Positions 30,662-43,404 of a stretch of DNA of 64,000 nt are shown here, in pieces. Source of the stretch: Candidatus Omnitrophota bacterium (lineage in GTDB: Bacteria; Omnitrophota; Omnitrophia; Omnitrophales; Aquincolibacteriaceae); NCBI GenBank assembly GCA_022705945.1, contig JAKJDL010000007.1, positions 9,000 through 72,999 on the forward strand. Direction: 5' to 3'. Within the stretch, counting starts at the first letter, position 1, and each line of letters begins with the position of its first letter. The position numbers and the translations under genes were made by a program. The notes under the pieces were generated by a model. The model searched no databases, was not told the origin of the DNA, and worked only from the letters and a program-made list of their open reading frames with translations.

Positions 30662-31756
30662 TTATGAAAGTTGAATGATTTCGGCCATGATTTCTCTCAT
30701 TTTCTTTTCGATCTGCATGATGGTCTTTTCATAGACCCCCATCCCGAGACCGATCGGGTCCTCAATCTTCAGGTTGCGGATCCTGGATTCCGAACCCGGG
30801 AGCAATTCGCAAATCGAATCTGAGTGATGCTCAGCCATGACGATAATAAGATCCGCTCCCCAAATGTCCGAGAGCCTGCATAGACGGCTCTTGTGGCGGC
30901 TAATATCAATCCCGCGGTTCTTCATCACAAACTCCGCCTCACTCGCCGCCGGGAGGCCCTCCCGGGCACCGATGCCGCATGACGATATTTCAATGTGATC
31001 GGCCAACCCCCGCTGTTCGATCTCATGTTTGAGCCAACCTTCGGCCATCGGCGAACGGCATGAATTACCCGTACAAACCACGATGATCTTTTTCTTCGGA
31101 TACCGTCCGGACCTGACTTTTGCGACAGCCTTCTCGACCTCAGCACCGTAAGCGCCTTTTCTGAGGATCACCGGCTCCTCCCCGCTCACGTCCACGACGG
31201 TGGAATCATGGCCGAATTCAGTCTTGCCGGCATCGATAAGAAAATCGATCGATCCGCCCAGCTGCTCCAAAACCTGATCGATCGTGTGAGGCGATTGCGC
31301 GCCGCTTTTGTTGGCACTCGTGGCGAGAAAAGGCTCTCCCGCCTCGCAGATCAAAAGACACGCCAACCTGTTTCGAGGGAACCGGACCCCGACCTTTTGC
31401 CCGCTTGTATTCATAAAAAGAAGCGTGACCGGTCCCGGCCAAAAATGTCTTATAAAAAACCGCGCGAGCGGCGTCTGAACGATACCAAGCCTATCGATCA
31501 TGTCCCAGTCGCCGATATGAAAGGTGAACGGTTTATATTCACTCCGCCCCTTGATCTCCCGCAGTCTTTGATCGATACCCGGCGCGCTCATAATAGTGCC
31601 GATCCCGTAAACCGTTTCGGTCGGGAAACCCACGATCCGGCCCTCCTTGCAGGCTTCGACAACCGCCCTGAGCCGGAGATTGTCAGGGTCCCTCGCGTCC
31701 AGCTTCAGGATCACCGGAACGTGCGCGGGCTGAATATTATTGGACATAGATTCCAT
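30662..31756 (-). CDS. Fusion protein: L-threonylcarbamoyladenylate synthase (TsaC/YrdC domain) plus low-molecular-weight protein (Tyr/Arg) phosphatase (YwlE-like)
   Basis: N-terminal 200 aa has YrdC hallmarks (RIVGFPTETVYGIGT, ATSANKSG); C-terminal 150 aa has the CX5R P-loop VVCTGNSCRSPMAEG and a DP loop. Confidence 0.8.
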   Translation of the reverse strand: MESMSNNIQPAHVPVILKLDARDPDNLRLRAVVEACKEGRIVGFPTETVYGIGTIMSAPGIDQRLREIKGRSEYKPFTFHIGDWDMIDRLGIVQTPLARFFIRHFWPGPVTLLFMNTSGQKVGVRFPRNRLACLLICEAGEPFLATSANKSGAQSPHTIDQVLEQLGGSIDFLIDAGKTEFGHDSTVVDVSGEEPVILRKGAYGAEVEKAVAKVRSGRYPKKKIIVVCTGNSCRSPMAEGWLKHEIEQRGLADHIEISSCGIGAREGLPAASEAEFVMKNRGIDISRHKSRLCRLSDIWGADLIIVMAEHHSDSICELLPGSESRIRNLKIEDPIGLGMGVYEKTIMQIEKKMREIMAEIIQLS

Positions 31757-31757
31757 T

Positions 31758-32264
31758 TCAGAAATCCTTTAATTTTTCCTGGAGTTTTTTATTCTTCTCT
31801 TCACAGTCGGCCGCAAGCGAATTCTTATACGCATCGAGAGCCTTCGCCAGTTCGGGATCCGAAAGCGCCAGGATCTGAGCCGCGAGAATCCCGGCATTCT
31901 TGGCGCCGGCCTTCCCCACCGCGACGGTAGCGACCGGAATTCCGGCCGGCATCTGCACGGTCGAAAGCAGCGCATCAAAACCGCTCAAGGTCGCAGCCAG
32001 GGGAACGCCGATCACGGGAAGTGTCGTGTTCGCCGCTACCGCGCCCGCCAGGTGCGCCGCCGCGCCGGCGCCGGCCACGATAACTTTGACCCCGCGTCTC
32101 GAGGCCGATGCCGCAAATTCCGCCACGCGCGCCGGCACCCGGTGAGCCGAGATCACTTGCATCTGATACGGTATCCCGAATCCCTTCAGAACAGACGCGC
32201 ATTCCTGCATCACTTCAAGATCCGAGTCACTCCCCATCACGATCGAAACAAGTTCCCTGGTCAT
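31758..32264 (-). CDS. purE: N5-carboxyaminoimidazole ribonucleotide mutase
   Basis: 168 aa; [19 protein letters not shown] motifs. Confidence 0.9.
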   Translation of the reverse strand: MTRELVSIVMGSDSDLEVMQECASVLKGFGIPYQMQVISAHRVPARVAEFAASASRRGVKVIVAGAGAAAHLAGAVAANTTLPVIGVPLAATLSGFDALLSTVQMPAGIPVATVAVGKAGAKNAGILAAQILALSDPELAKALDAYKNSLAADCEEKNKKLQEKLKDF

Positions 32265-33541
32265 TTCAGCACCTCAATGGCCTTTCGGCCGATATCGCGG
32301 CGGAAAAACCCGCCCTCGAAGTTAATGAGATTAGCGGCCTGATAAGCCCGCTCGCAAGCCGCCCGGAGATTTTCCCCGAGAGCCGTTACCGCCAGGACCC
32401 GGCCTCCCGATGTTGTAATCTGTTTTTCGGAATTAAAAACGGTTCCCGCATGGAAGATGAAAACATCCGGTATCGCTTCAGCCGCCTCAATACCCCGTAT
32501 CGGGAAACCTTTTTGATAGGCGCCGGGATAACCTCCGGAAGCCATCACGACGGTCATGCAGGATTTCTCATGCCATTCAAGAGAGCTTCTCTTGAGCTTC
32601 CCTTCCGCAATTTCCGCGAGGACAGGCAGGAGATCGGACTTTAGCCTGGGCAGGATCACCTCGGTTTCGGGATCACCGAAGCGGCAGTTATATTCCAGGA
32701 CGTAAGGACCTTCTTTCGTCATCATCAAACCCGCGTAAAGGACTCCCCGGTAAGGAGTCCCTTCTTTTCTCAAGCCGTCAATAACCGGACGGATCGTTTT
32801 ATTGACAAGATCACCGATCGCCGCTTCGTCAAATTGCGCGCTGGGTGAATAAGCTCCCATGCCCCCCGTGTTAGGTCCCCGGTCGTGATCATAAGCACGC
32901 TTGTGGTCGCGGGCGCTCGCAAGCGGCAGAATAGTCTCGCCGTCGGTCAGGGCCAAAACGGAAAGTTCTTCGCCTTCAAGTTTTTTTTCGATAACAACCT
33001 TGTCCCCGGCCGCTCCGAATACCTTTTTTTCCATAATCTCGGAAAGCGCCGTAACCGACTGCTCTGAAGTATCACAAATCACGACTCCCTTCCCCGCAGC
33101 GAGTCCGTCCGCCTTGATCACAACCGGCATTTCGGTTTCGATCACATACTGCATGGCCTCCTTGGCGTTCGTAAATACCTCATAGGCGGCGGTGGGAACT
33201 CCGAATCGGCTCATGACATCCTTGGAAAACGATTTGCTTCCTTCAAGCATCGCCGTCTGAAGAGAAGGGCCGAAAAGCTTAATCCCCCCGGCGCTGAATT
33301 TATCATGGATACCGGCCACAAGCGGCGCTTCGGGGCCCACGACGACAAGATCGATCTTTTGCCCGACCGCGAATTTCAAAAGACCGTCGATATCATCCGA
33401 AGAAATTTCGAGGCACTCCGCGTAACGGGCGATTCCCGCGTTCCCGGGCGCGCAATAAAGTTTGGCAAGTTTCGGGCTTTGGGCAAGTTTCCACGCCAGC
33501 GCATTTTCACGCCCGCCCGAGCCGACTAAAAGAACTCTCAT
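32261..33541 (-). CDS. purD: Phosphoribosylamine-glycine ligase
   Basis: MRVLLVGSGGRENALAWKL; start at 33541 forms an ATGA overlap with the purM stop. Confidence 0.9.
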   Translation of the reverse strand: MRVLLVGSGGRENALAWKLAQSPKLAKLYCAPGNAGIARYAECLEISSDDIDGLLKFAVGQKIDLVVVGPEAPLVAGIHDKFSAGGIKLFGPSLQTAMLEGSKSFSKDVMSRFGVPTAAYEVFTNAKEAMQYVIETEMPVVIKADGLAAGKGVVICDTSEQSVTALSEIMEKKVFGAAGDKVVIEKKLEGEELSVLALTDGETILPLASARDHKRAYDHDRGPNTGGMGAYSPSAQFDEAAIGDLVNKTIRPVIDGLRKEGTPYRGVLYAGLMMTKEGPYVLEYNCRFGDPETEVILPRLKSDLLPVLAEIAEGKLKRSSLEWHEKSCMTVVMASGGYPGAYQKGFPIRGIEAAEAIPDVFIFHAGTVFNSEKQITTSGGRVLAVTALGENLRAACERAYQAANLINFEGGFFRRDIGRKAIEVLK

Positions 33542-34557
33542 AGAACCTCGACGGTGTTGCCTTTGATGATCTTTCCGATCGGCCACGACTCCAACCGGAA
33601 AGTCTTGAGAACCGCTTGGGCCCGGCTCACCTGATCCGCATCCAGGATCAGGACCATGCCGACCCCCATATTGAAAGTTTTAAACATATCGAAGGGGGCG
33701 ATATTCCCCGCCTTTTGCGCCTTCCGGAAAATAAACGGAATCGGCCACGCATGGGAATCAATCAGCGCCGTAAGTCCCCCGGGCATCACCCGCGGGAGAT
33801 TGTCATAAAACGCGCCACCGGTAATATTGACGATCCCTTTCACCCGCAATTTCTCCAAAAGCTTCATTACCGGCCTGACATAAATAAAGGTCGGCGTCAA
33901 AAGCTCCCTTCCGAGCGGCCCCTTCAGTTCTTTTTCGGAAAATATTTTCCGGACAAGCGAGTAACCGTTCGAATGAAAGCCCGACGACTGGATACCGAGG
34001 ACAATATCCCCCTGTCTAATCCGGGAGCCGGAGATCACTTTACTGCGGTCCACCGCCCCGACCGAAAATCCGGCAATGTCATACTGGGCCGATTGTCCTT
34101 TTTTTTGATCCCCGTAAAACCCGGGCATGATCGCCGTCTCCCCGCCGACAAGCGCACAACCGGCTTGCCGGCACCCGTCCGTCACACCTTTCAGGACCTC
34201 GCTCACCACGGCCGGCTGGAATTTCCCGGCGGCGTAGTAATCAAGAAAGAAAAGAGGTTTCGCGCCCGCGCAAATGAGATCGTTCACGCACATGGCGACC
34301 AGATCAATGCCGATCGTGTCGTGTTTGCCAAGGAGCCTCGCAAGCTCAAGCTTGGTCCCGACACCGTCCGTGGAAGCGACGAGAAGCGGGTCCTTGATCC
34401 CCGCCTTCCTGAGATCAAAAAGCGAGGCGAATCCGAGCGCGCCGCCCATGACCCCGCTCACACGGGTTGAGCGGATCAGGCCGGCAATCTTCCGGTTGTA
34501 AACCGCGTCGCCTTTCAGATGCGGAACCCCTGCTTTTTCATAAGTCCATTTTTTCAC
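33538..34557 (-). CDS. purM: Phosphoribosylformylglycinamidine cyclo-ligase (AIR synthetase)
   Basis: 339 aa; VASTDGVGTKL, GGETA motifs. Confidence 0.9.
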   Translation of the reverse strand: MKKWTYEKAGVPHLKGDAVYNRKIAGLIRSTRVSGVMGGALGFASLFDLRKAGIKDPLLVASTDGVGTKLELARLLGKHDTIGIDLVAMCVNDLICAGAKPLFFLDYYAAGKFQPAVVSEVLKGVTDGCRQAGCALVGGETAIMPGFYGDQKKGQSAQYDIAGFSVGAVDRSKVISGSRIRQGDIVLGIQSSGFHSNGYSLVRKIFSEKELKGPLGRELLTPTFIYVRPVMKLLEKLRVKGIVNITGGAFYDNLPRVMPGGLTALIDSHAWPIPFIFRKAQKAGNIAPFDMFKTFNMGVGMVLILDADQVSRAQAVLKTFRLESWPIGKIIKGNTVEVL

Positions 34558-34605
34558 TTAAAACCTCCTGAGGAAACCGCCCCGGTTCCTCGTTTCACAA
34601 ACCGG

Positions 34606-36027
34606 TCATAAACCAAAAAAATCTCTTTTGCCTTCAAGTTTGCACTTGTCCATTTCGTCAAAAATTTCGGTCGGGTATTTCCCGGTAAAACAGGCAGAGC
34701 AAAAATCCTTCGAGCTTTGGGTCGTGGCCCCCAGCGTTCCGTCCAGGCTGAGATAACCGAGCGTATCCACATCCAGAAATTTCTTGATCTCGTCCATCGT
34801 GCTGTTCGCCGCGAGAAGCTCTTTTTTTGAAGGAAAACCGATCCCGTAAAAACAGGGGGAGATGGGAGGAGGACAGCTGATCCTCATATGGACCTCCCGG
34901 GCCCCGGCGGCTCGGAGCAGTTTCACACGGTTCTTGGCCGTATTCCCGCGAACGATCGAATCATCCACCACGATCACGCGCTTCTTGTCCACAAACTGGC
35001 GGATCGGATTGAGCTTGATCTTGACCTTGAACGCGCGCCCCGCTTCGGTGGGGCTGATGAATGTCCTGCCGATATAATGATTCCGGATGAAACCGTGAGC
35101 CAGAGGAATCCCCGATTCGTGAGAATATCCCAGCGCCGCGAAATTACCCGAATCGGGCACCGGCACCACGACATCCGCGTCAACCGGATGCTCCTTGGCC
35201 AGCTGACGGCCGAGCCGCTCCCGCACAAACCCCACATTGTCATGAAAGATCGTCGAGTCCGGCCTCGCGAAATAGACATGCTCGAAAATACACTGTGCTT
35301 TCGGGACATCAACGTCTTTATACGGGAAATGGCTCCGGACCCCGTTCGTATCGATCACAACAACTTCGCCCGGTTCAACCTCACGGATAAATTTGGCCTC
35401 GATCAGATCGAATGCGCAGGTCTCGGAAGCAAGAACAAAAGCATCTCCGATCCTTCCGAGGCAAAGCGGCCGAAACCCGTGGGGATCACGAACACCGATC
35501 AGCTGATCCTCCGTCAGGATCGTGAGACTGAAGGCTCCCTTGACGCGCCTGGTGGCTTCAATAATCCCTTCTTCATGACTGCGGTAGGCCGGTTTAGCCA
35601 AAAGATGTATGAATATTTCCGAATCCATGGTGCTTCCGAAGATCGAGCCGTAGGCCTCAAGTTCCGCGCGGAGGATCTGCGCATTAACCAGGTTTCCGTT
35701 ATGAGCGATCGCGATCCGGCCCCGGGAATAATCGACCTTGTAGGGTTGGGCGTTCGTGAGAACGGAAGACCCGTTTGCCGAATAACGGACATGGCCGATG
35801 GCATTCTTGCCGGGCAAATTCGTGAAAGAGGCTTCGCTAAACACATCGCCCACATGCCCCACTCCCTTGACGAGATGGAGTTTTTCCCCGTCACTTGAAC
35901 AGATCCCCGCCGCTTCTTCGCCCCGGTGCTGGAGCGCGAAAAGCCCGAGCTGGGTAATGCGCGCGGCGTGCGGGTGATTGTAAATTCCGAAAATGCCGCA
36001 GTAATGTTTGAGGTTCTCTCCGCTCAT
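34606..36027 (-). CDS. purF: Amidophosphoribosyltransferase
   Basis: 473 aa; N-terminal MxxxCGIFGI Ntn nucleophile, PRTase motif VVDDSIVRGNT. Confidence 0.9.
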   Translation of the reverse strand: MSGENLKHYCGIFGIYNHPHAARITQLGLFALQHRGEEAAGICSSDGEKLHLVKGVGHVGDVFSEASFTNLPGKNAIGHVRYSANGSSVLTNAQPYKVDYSRGRIAIAHNGNLVNAQILRAELEAYGSIFGSTMDSEIFIHLLAKPAYRSHEEGIIEATRRVKGAFSLTILTEDQLIGVRDPHGFRPLCLGRIGDAFVLASETCAFDLIEAKFIREVEPGEVVVIDTNGVRSHFPYKDVDVPKAQCIFEHVYFARPDSTIFHDNVGFVRERLGRQLAKEHPVDADVVVPVPDSGNFAALGYSHESGIPLAHGFIRNHYIGRTFISPTEAGRAFKVKIKLNPIRQFVDKKRVIVVDDSIVRGNTAKNRVKLLRAAGAREVHMRISCPPPISPCFYGIGFPSKKELLAANSTMDEIKKFLDVDTLGYLSLDGTLGATTQSSKDFCSACFTGKYPTEIFDEMDKCKLEGKRDFFGL

Positions 36028-36093
36028 TATTTTTTCTCCGTAACGGAAGGAATCGCGTTCTGAAAAACAGATCGAAGCCCCCGAGCCGCCGGC

Positions 36094-37023
36094 TTATAAA
36101 TCGCTTCCCGGGATATCTTTTCCTGTCAGCCGTTTAAAAATTTCGCAGTAAGCCGCCGTGGTTTTTTCAATGATTCCGGCCGGAAGCTCGGGCCCGGGTG
36201 GTCGTTTGTCCCACGCAAGCGTTTCCAGATAATTCCTCACGATTTGTTTATCGAAGCTCGGCTGGTCGCGTCCGGTTTCGTACCTGTCCGCGGGCCAAAA
36301 ACGCGAGCTGTCGGGTGTCAGGATTTCATCGATCAGGATCAGCTCGCCGTTCAGGACGCCGAATTCGAACTTCGTGTCGGCAATGATGATCCCTTTGGAG
36401 GCCGCGTATTCCTGCCCTTTTTTATAAAGGAGAATCGACAGCTCCCTGGCTTTCTGCGCGATCTCCTTACCGGCAATACGGATCGCTTCGCCAAAGTCGA
36501 TATTGATGTCGTGACCGGATTTCGCCTTGGTGGAGGGCGTAAAAATCGGTTCCGGGAGCTTTTCGCACTGTTTCATCCCCGGAAGCAGTTTATGACCGCA
36601 CACCATCCCCGTTTTCCGGTAGTCCTTCCACCCCGAACCCGTGATGTAACCCCGGACCACGCACTCAATCTCGAGCGGCTGCGCTTTTTTGACGAGCATC
36701 GACCGTCCCTCGATTTCGCGGCGGAAATTCTTTATGAGCTCGGCCGGGAGCTCCATCTTGTCAACGTCGGAAGTGATGATGTGCTGAGGGATCAGGTCTT
36801 TGAAATAATCCTGCCAGAAGATCGTGATCTGGTTGAGGACCTTCCCCTTCAATGGGATCGGGTTCGGCATAACCACGTCAAAAGCGCTCAACCGGTCTGT
36901 CGTCACGATCAGCAGTTTATCCGCTCCCACGCTGTAAATATCACGGACCTTCCCGACCGCGACGCGGGTCAGCGGAAGATGAGTTTCTAGAACTGCTTCA
37001 TTCTTTTCGAGGTTACTCACCAT
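36094..37023 (-). CDS. purC: SAICAR synthetase (long form)
   Basis: 309 aa; GKVRDIY, TDRLSAFD, ADTKFEFG motifs. Confidence 0.9.
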   Translation of the reverse strand: MVSNLEKNEAVLETHLPLTRVAVGKVRDIYSVGADKLLIVTTDRLSAFDVVMPNPIPLKGKVLNQITIFWQDYFKDLIPQHIITSDVDKMELPAELIKNFRREIEGRSMLVKKAQPLEIECVVRGYITGSGWKDYRKTGMVCGHKLLPGMKQCEKLPEPIFTPSTKAKSGHDINIDFGEAIRIAGKEIAQKARELSILLYKKGQEYAASKGIIIADTKFEFGVLNGELILIDEILTPDSSRFWPADRYETGRDQPSFDKQIVRNYLETLAWDKRPPGPELPAGIIEKTTAAYCEIFKRLTGKDIPGSDL

Positions 37024-37032
37024 GGGGTTTCC

Positions 37033-38334
37033 CTATTTTGAAATTCCCGCACGTTTGAGGATCACGGGGACGTTCCGGACATGACGTTCGTAGCTAAACG
37101 CATCCCTGATCTCCGCGGGTTTTAAATGCTTCAGGATCGCCTTGTCCCCCAGCACCACGTCCCGAAGATTCGTTTTGTCGTCGTCCCAGATCTTCATCGC
37201 GGCATTCTGCACAAGCTTGTAGGCGTCTTCGCGCGTCAGGCCTTTTTCCACCAATTTGAGCAAAAGGCCCTGGGAGAACACCATTCCCCGGCTTGCCTCC
37301 ATGTTCGCGAGCATGCGGTCCTTGTTGACCCGGAGATTTTCGATCACATTCTGCATAAGCCCCAGCATGTAATCGAGGAGGATCGTGCTGTCCGGAAAGA
37401 TCACGCGCTCCACGGAGGAATGCGTAATGTCCCGTTCGTGCCAAAGCGCGATATTCTCGAGTGCCGCGAGGGCGTTCCCGCGAAGGATCCGCGAGAGCCC
37501 CGCGATCCGCTCGCAGGTGATGGGATTGCGCTTGTGAGGCATCGCGGAAGACCCCTTCTGGCCCTTCGCGAAATACTCCAGCACTTCATAGCATTCGGTC
37601 TTCTGCAATCCGCGGATCTCGGTCGCAAGCTTCTCGAGCGACCCGCCGATCACGGCGATCACGGCCATGTATTCCGCGTGACGGTCGCGTTGAAGGATTT
37701 GTGTCGATACCGGCGCGGGGCGCAGTCCGAGTTTTCTGCAGACAAAATCCTCCACCTTCGGGTCAACATTGGCAAACGTACCGACGGCGCCTGAAATCTT
37801 ACCGAAACGGACGTTTTCCGCGGCGCGGTTGAAACGCTCAATATTCCTTTGGAATTCGGCATAAAAAAGAGCCATTTTCAGGCCGAAGGTAACCGGCTCG
37901 GCGTGAACCCCGTGCGAACGGCCGACCATCAGGGTCCGCGCGTGGGCTTTGGCCTGTTTGGCGAGAGCGGCCGTCAGTTTCTTGAGCTCACGCTCCAGTA
38001 TCCGGGAAGCGTCCGCGAGCTGAAGCGCGAGCCCGGTGTCGAGAATATCCGAGGACGTCAGGCCGAAATGAACATAACGGCCGACAGGGCCGACATGTTC
38101 CGCCACGTTCGTCAGGAAAGCGATCACATCATGGTTGGTGATTTTTTCGATTTCCCTGACGCGCGCGATGTCGAACCTGGCTTTGGACCGGACCTTGGAG
38201 GGAATGCCTTTGGGGATATAACCGTATTTCGCGAGTCCGTCGAGGGCCGCCAGCTCCACAGCAAGCCATTTTTCGAGCTTATTCTGCTCCGTCCACACCC
38301 GAGTCATTTCCGGCCGCGAATATCTCGAAATCAT
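37033..38334 (-). CDS. purB: Adenylosuccinate lyase
   Basis: 433 aa; MISRYSRPEM N-terminus, SSAMPHKRNP fumarate-lyase signature. Confidence 0.9.
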   Translation of the reverse strand: MISRYSRPEMTRVWTEQNKLEKWLAVELAALDGLAKYGYIPKGIPSKVRSKARFDIARVREIEKITNHDVIAFLTNVAEHVGPVGRYVHFGLTSSDILDTGLALQLADASRILERELKKLTAALAKQAKAHARTLMVGRSHGVHAEPVTFGLKMALFYAEFQRNIERFNRAAENVRFGKISGAVGTFANVDPKVEDFVCRKLGLRPAPVSTQILQRDRHAEYMAVIAVIGGSLEKLATEIRGLQKTECYEVLEYFAKGQKGSSAMPHKRNPITCERIAGLSRILRGNALAALENIALWHERDITHSSVERVIFPDSTILLDYMLGLMQNVIENLRVNKDRMLANMEASRGMVFSQGLLLKLVEKGLTREDAYKLVQNAAMKIWDDDKTNLRDVVLGDKAILKHLKPAEIRDAFSYERHVRNVPVILKRAGISK

Positions 38335-38390
38335 ACGAACCCCCGCTTTTGATCAAACCCGCAGTTATTTCTTGATGTAAAAATAAAAAC

Positions 38391-38465
38391 TGGCGCTAAC
38401 GGGATTTAAACCCGTGTCTTCACCGTGAGAGGGTGACGTCCTAGATCGGGCTAGACGATAGCGCC
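38391..38465 (-). tRNA. tRNA-Glu (anticodon CTC), atypical T-loop
   Basis: Acceptor GGCGCTA/TAGCGCC, 3-4 bp D-stem, anticodon stem TCACC/GGTGA with loop CTCTCAC, T-arm ACGGG-TTTAAAT-CCCGT (T where C56 is normal), one extra unpaired G 5' of the acceptor, T-run after the 3' end. Confidence 0.65.
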
Positions 38466-38609
38466 CTGATATGCCTTCCGACTCATTTAACTAACCGGGC
38501 CGCATCGCGAAGGCCTGAGTTTTCAATGCGACAGGACAAACCACAAGAACCCTTAAACCTGCAACTATTCGAGACAGATTCCGGGGGGAATACTTCAAAC
38601 GACGGGCGC

Positions 38610-38638
38610 ATTCTACCGGCGCCCCGAATGCTTGTCAA
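38610..38638 (-). promoter_or_regulatory. Candidate sigma-70 promoter TTGACA-17-TAGAAT upstream of tRNA-Glu/purB
   Basis: -35 is the RC of 38633-38638 and -10 is the RC of 38610-38615; it overlaps a GGGCGC-N9-GCGCCC hairpin at 38604-38624. Confidence 0.35.
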
Positions 38639-38650
38639 TCAGACGACCTG

Positions 38651-38983
38651 TCAATACCGGTCGCTTTTAATGTCGCTGACGTTCCGTTCGAGCAGTTCAA
38701 TGCGCCTGGCAAGAAAACGGCTCTCCTGCTCAAGCATTTGAATGCGGCGAAGGGCGTCCGACAAACTGTCCTGCTTCAGGTCTTTCTGGATCGTCGAGTA
38801 ATTGTCCGTATTCGAAGACCCGGTCTGCGCAAAACAGACATTCGCCGCCAAAAGCGAAAACAGGCCCACGAACACTCCCGTCCCGGCCGCCGATGCAAGA
38901 GCCTTCACCCCTTTGGACACGGAAAACGTTTCTGCCGGATCGCTTTTGCTGATGAATTTATTCATGAAATGGCATCCTCTCAT
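38651..38983 (-). CDS. Small hypothetical protein with one TM/signal-anchor and a C-terminal coiled coil
   Basis: 110 aa; hydrophobic stretch GTGVFVGLFSLLAANVCFA, then RRIQMLEQESRFLARRIELLERNV; no recognisable family. Confidence 0.4.
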   Translation of the reverse strand: MRGCHFMNKFISKSDPAETFSVSKGVKALASAAGTGVFVGLFSLLAANVCFAQTGSSNTDNYSTIQKDLKQDSLSDALRRIQMLEQESRFLARRIELLERNVSDIKSDRY

Positions 38984-39163
38984 GCTGTTGGCGATTCAAT
39001 AGAACAAACACCGGAACAAACACCGCGACCTCATACCTGACGGGGGTCACCGGCTCGAAGTATACCATATCTTGTGGAAGGACTGAAAGCGGTTTCAGAG
39101 GGAATTTCAGGAAGAAAAAAACATACCTTCTCCTGCCGGAGCGTCATTGGGGATGCCTGCGCG

Positions 39164-40087
39164 TCACCCTCTCGGATGAAATCTGGCGTGGACGGATTTG
39201 AGGCGATTGCCCGAAACGTGAGTATAGATCTGGGTCGTCGAAATATCCGAATGGCCGAGCAGTTCCTGCACAACGCGAAGATCGGCTCCCCGCTCAAGCA
39301 GATGTGTTGCGAAGGAATGCCGGAAAGTATGCGGTTTGATGGGTTTCGTGATCCCGGCCCGAATCGCATATTTTTTGATCATCTGCCACACAAACTGCCG
39401 GCTCAGGCCGGTTCCGTTCCGGCCGAGAAAAAAATGATTGCTCTTTGCCTTGAGTTTCGCGCGGACGCGGCCAAGATAGGCCCGGCATGCCGAAACAGCC
39501 ACATTGCCCAAAGGGACGATCCTCTCCTTATCCCCTTTTCCCCGGCATTTGATGAAATTATTATCCAGATAAACATTCTCCGCCGTCAGCCCCGTGACCT
39601 CGGAAACCCTCATGCCGGTCGCGTAAAGGCATTCGAGGAGCGCGCGGTCGCGGATTCCCGCGGAGGTTTTCGTGTCCGGAGCTTTCAGGATCGCATCCAT
39701 TTCCCGCATCGTCAGACACTGCGGAAGTTTCTTCCAGAGCTTCGGGGATTCGAGAACGCTTGTAACATCCTCAGGGACAAGGCGTTCTTTGGTAAGATAG
39801 CGGTGAAACAGCTTGATCGAAACCAGGGCGCGGGCGACCGAGGTGGATTCGAGCCCCCGCCTCCCTTCCGCAGCGAGAAATTTGAGGATATGCGGACGGC
39901 CGAGTTTCGACCAGTCGGAGACTTTTTCCTTTTTCAGGAATTCGTCATAGCGGGTCAGGTCCTGACGGTAAGCGTCCAGCGTGTTTTGCGCGAGCCCTTT
40001 TTCGACAGACAGATAATTAAGAAATTCCTCAAAAAGGGCTTGGTTCCCGCTTTTGGTTTTTTCCGGCAAGGCCGTCTCGGTGTTCAT
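39164..40087 (-). CDS. XerC/XerD-family tyrosine recombinase (chromosome dimer resolution)
   Basis: 307 aa; N-terminal LSVEKGLAQNTLDAYRQDL core-binding domain, catalytic region HTFRHSFATHLLERGADLRVVQELLGHSDISTTQIYTHV. Confidence 0.8.
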   Translation of the reverse strand: MNTETALPEKTKSGNQALFEEFLNYLSVEKGLAQNTLDAYRQDLTRYDEFLKKEKVSDWSKLGRPHILKFLAAEGRRGLESTSVARALVSIKLFHRYLTKERLVPEDVTSVLESPKLWKKLPQCLTMREMDAILKAPDTKTSAGIRDRALLECLYATGMRVSEVTGLTAENVYLDNNFIKCRGKGDKERIVPLGNVAVSACRAYLGRVRAKLKAKSNHFFLGRNGTGLSRQFVWQMIKKYAIRAGITKPIKPHTFRHSFATHLLERGADLRVVQELLGHSDISTTQIYTHVSGNRLKSVHARFHPRG

Positions 40088-40161
40088 CCTCTTAACTATC
40101 GGCCATTTTGCCGCCGACTGGAGAAGGCCGAAACCACGTCTATTTCAATCGGGCTTGAAGC

Positions 40162-43339
<3,178 letters not shown>

Positions 43340-43404
43340 TCAGAGTAACGGAAGGAGGGGGACGTCCGGCAGACTTTTCACCGTCCGCGCCCCGCCAAAC
43401 GGCT

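Noticed and set aside
34554-34772. 72-aa minus-strand ORF overlapping the 3' end of purF
   Set aside because: It is an alternative frame inside purF with no RBS or homology, so I judge it spurious.
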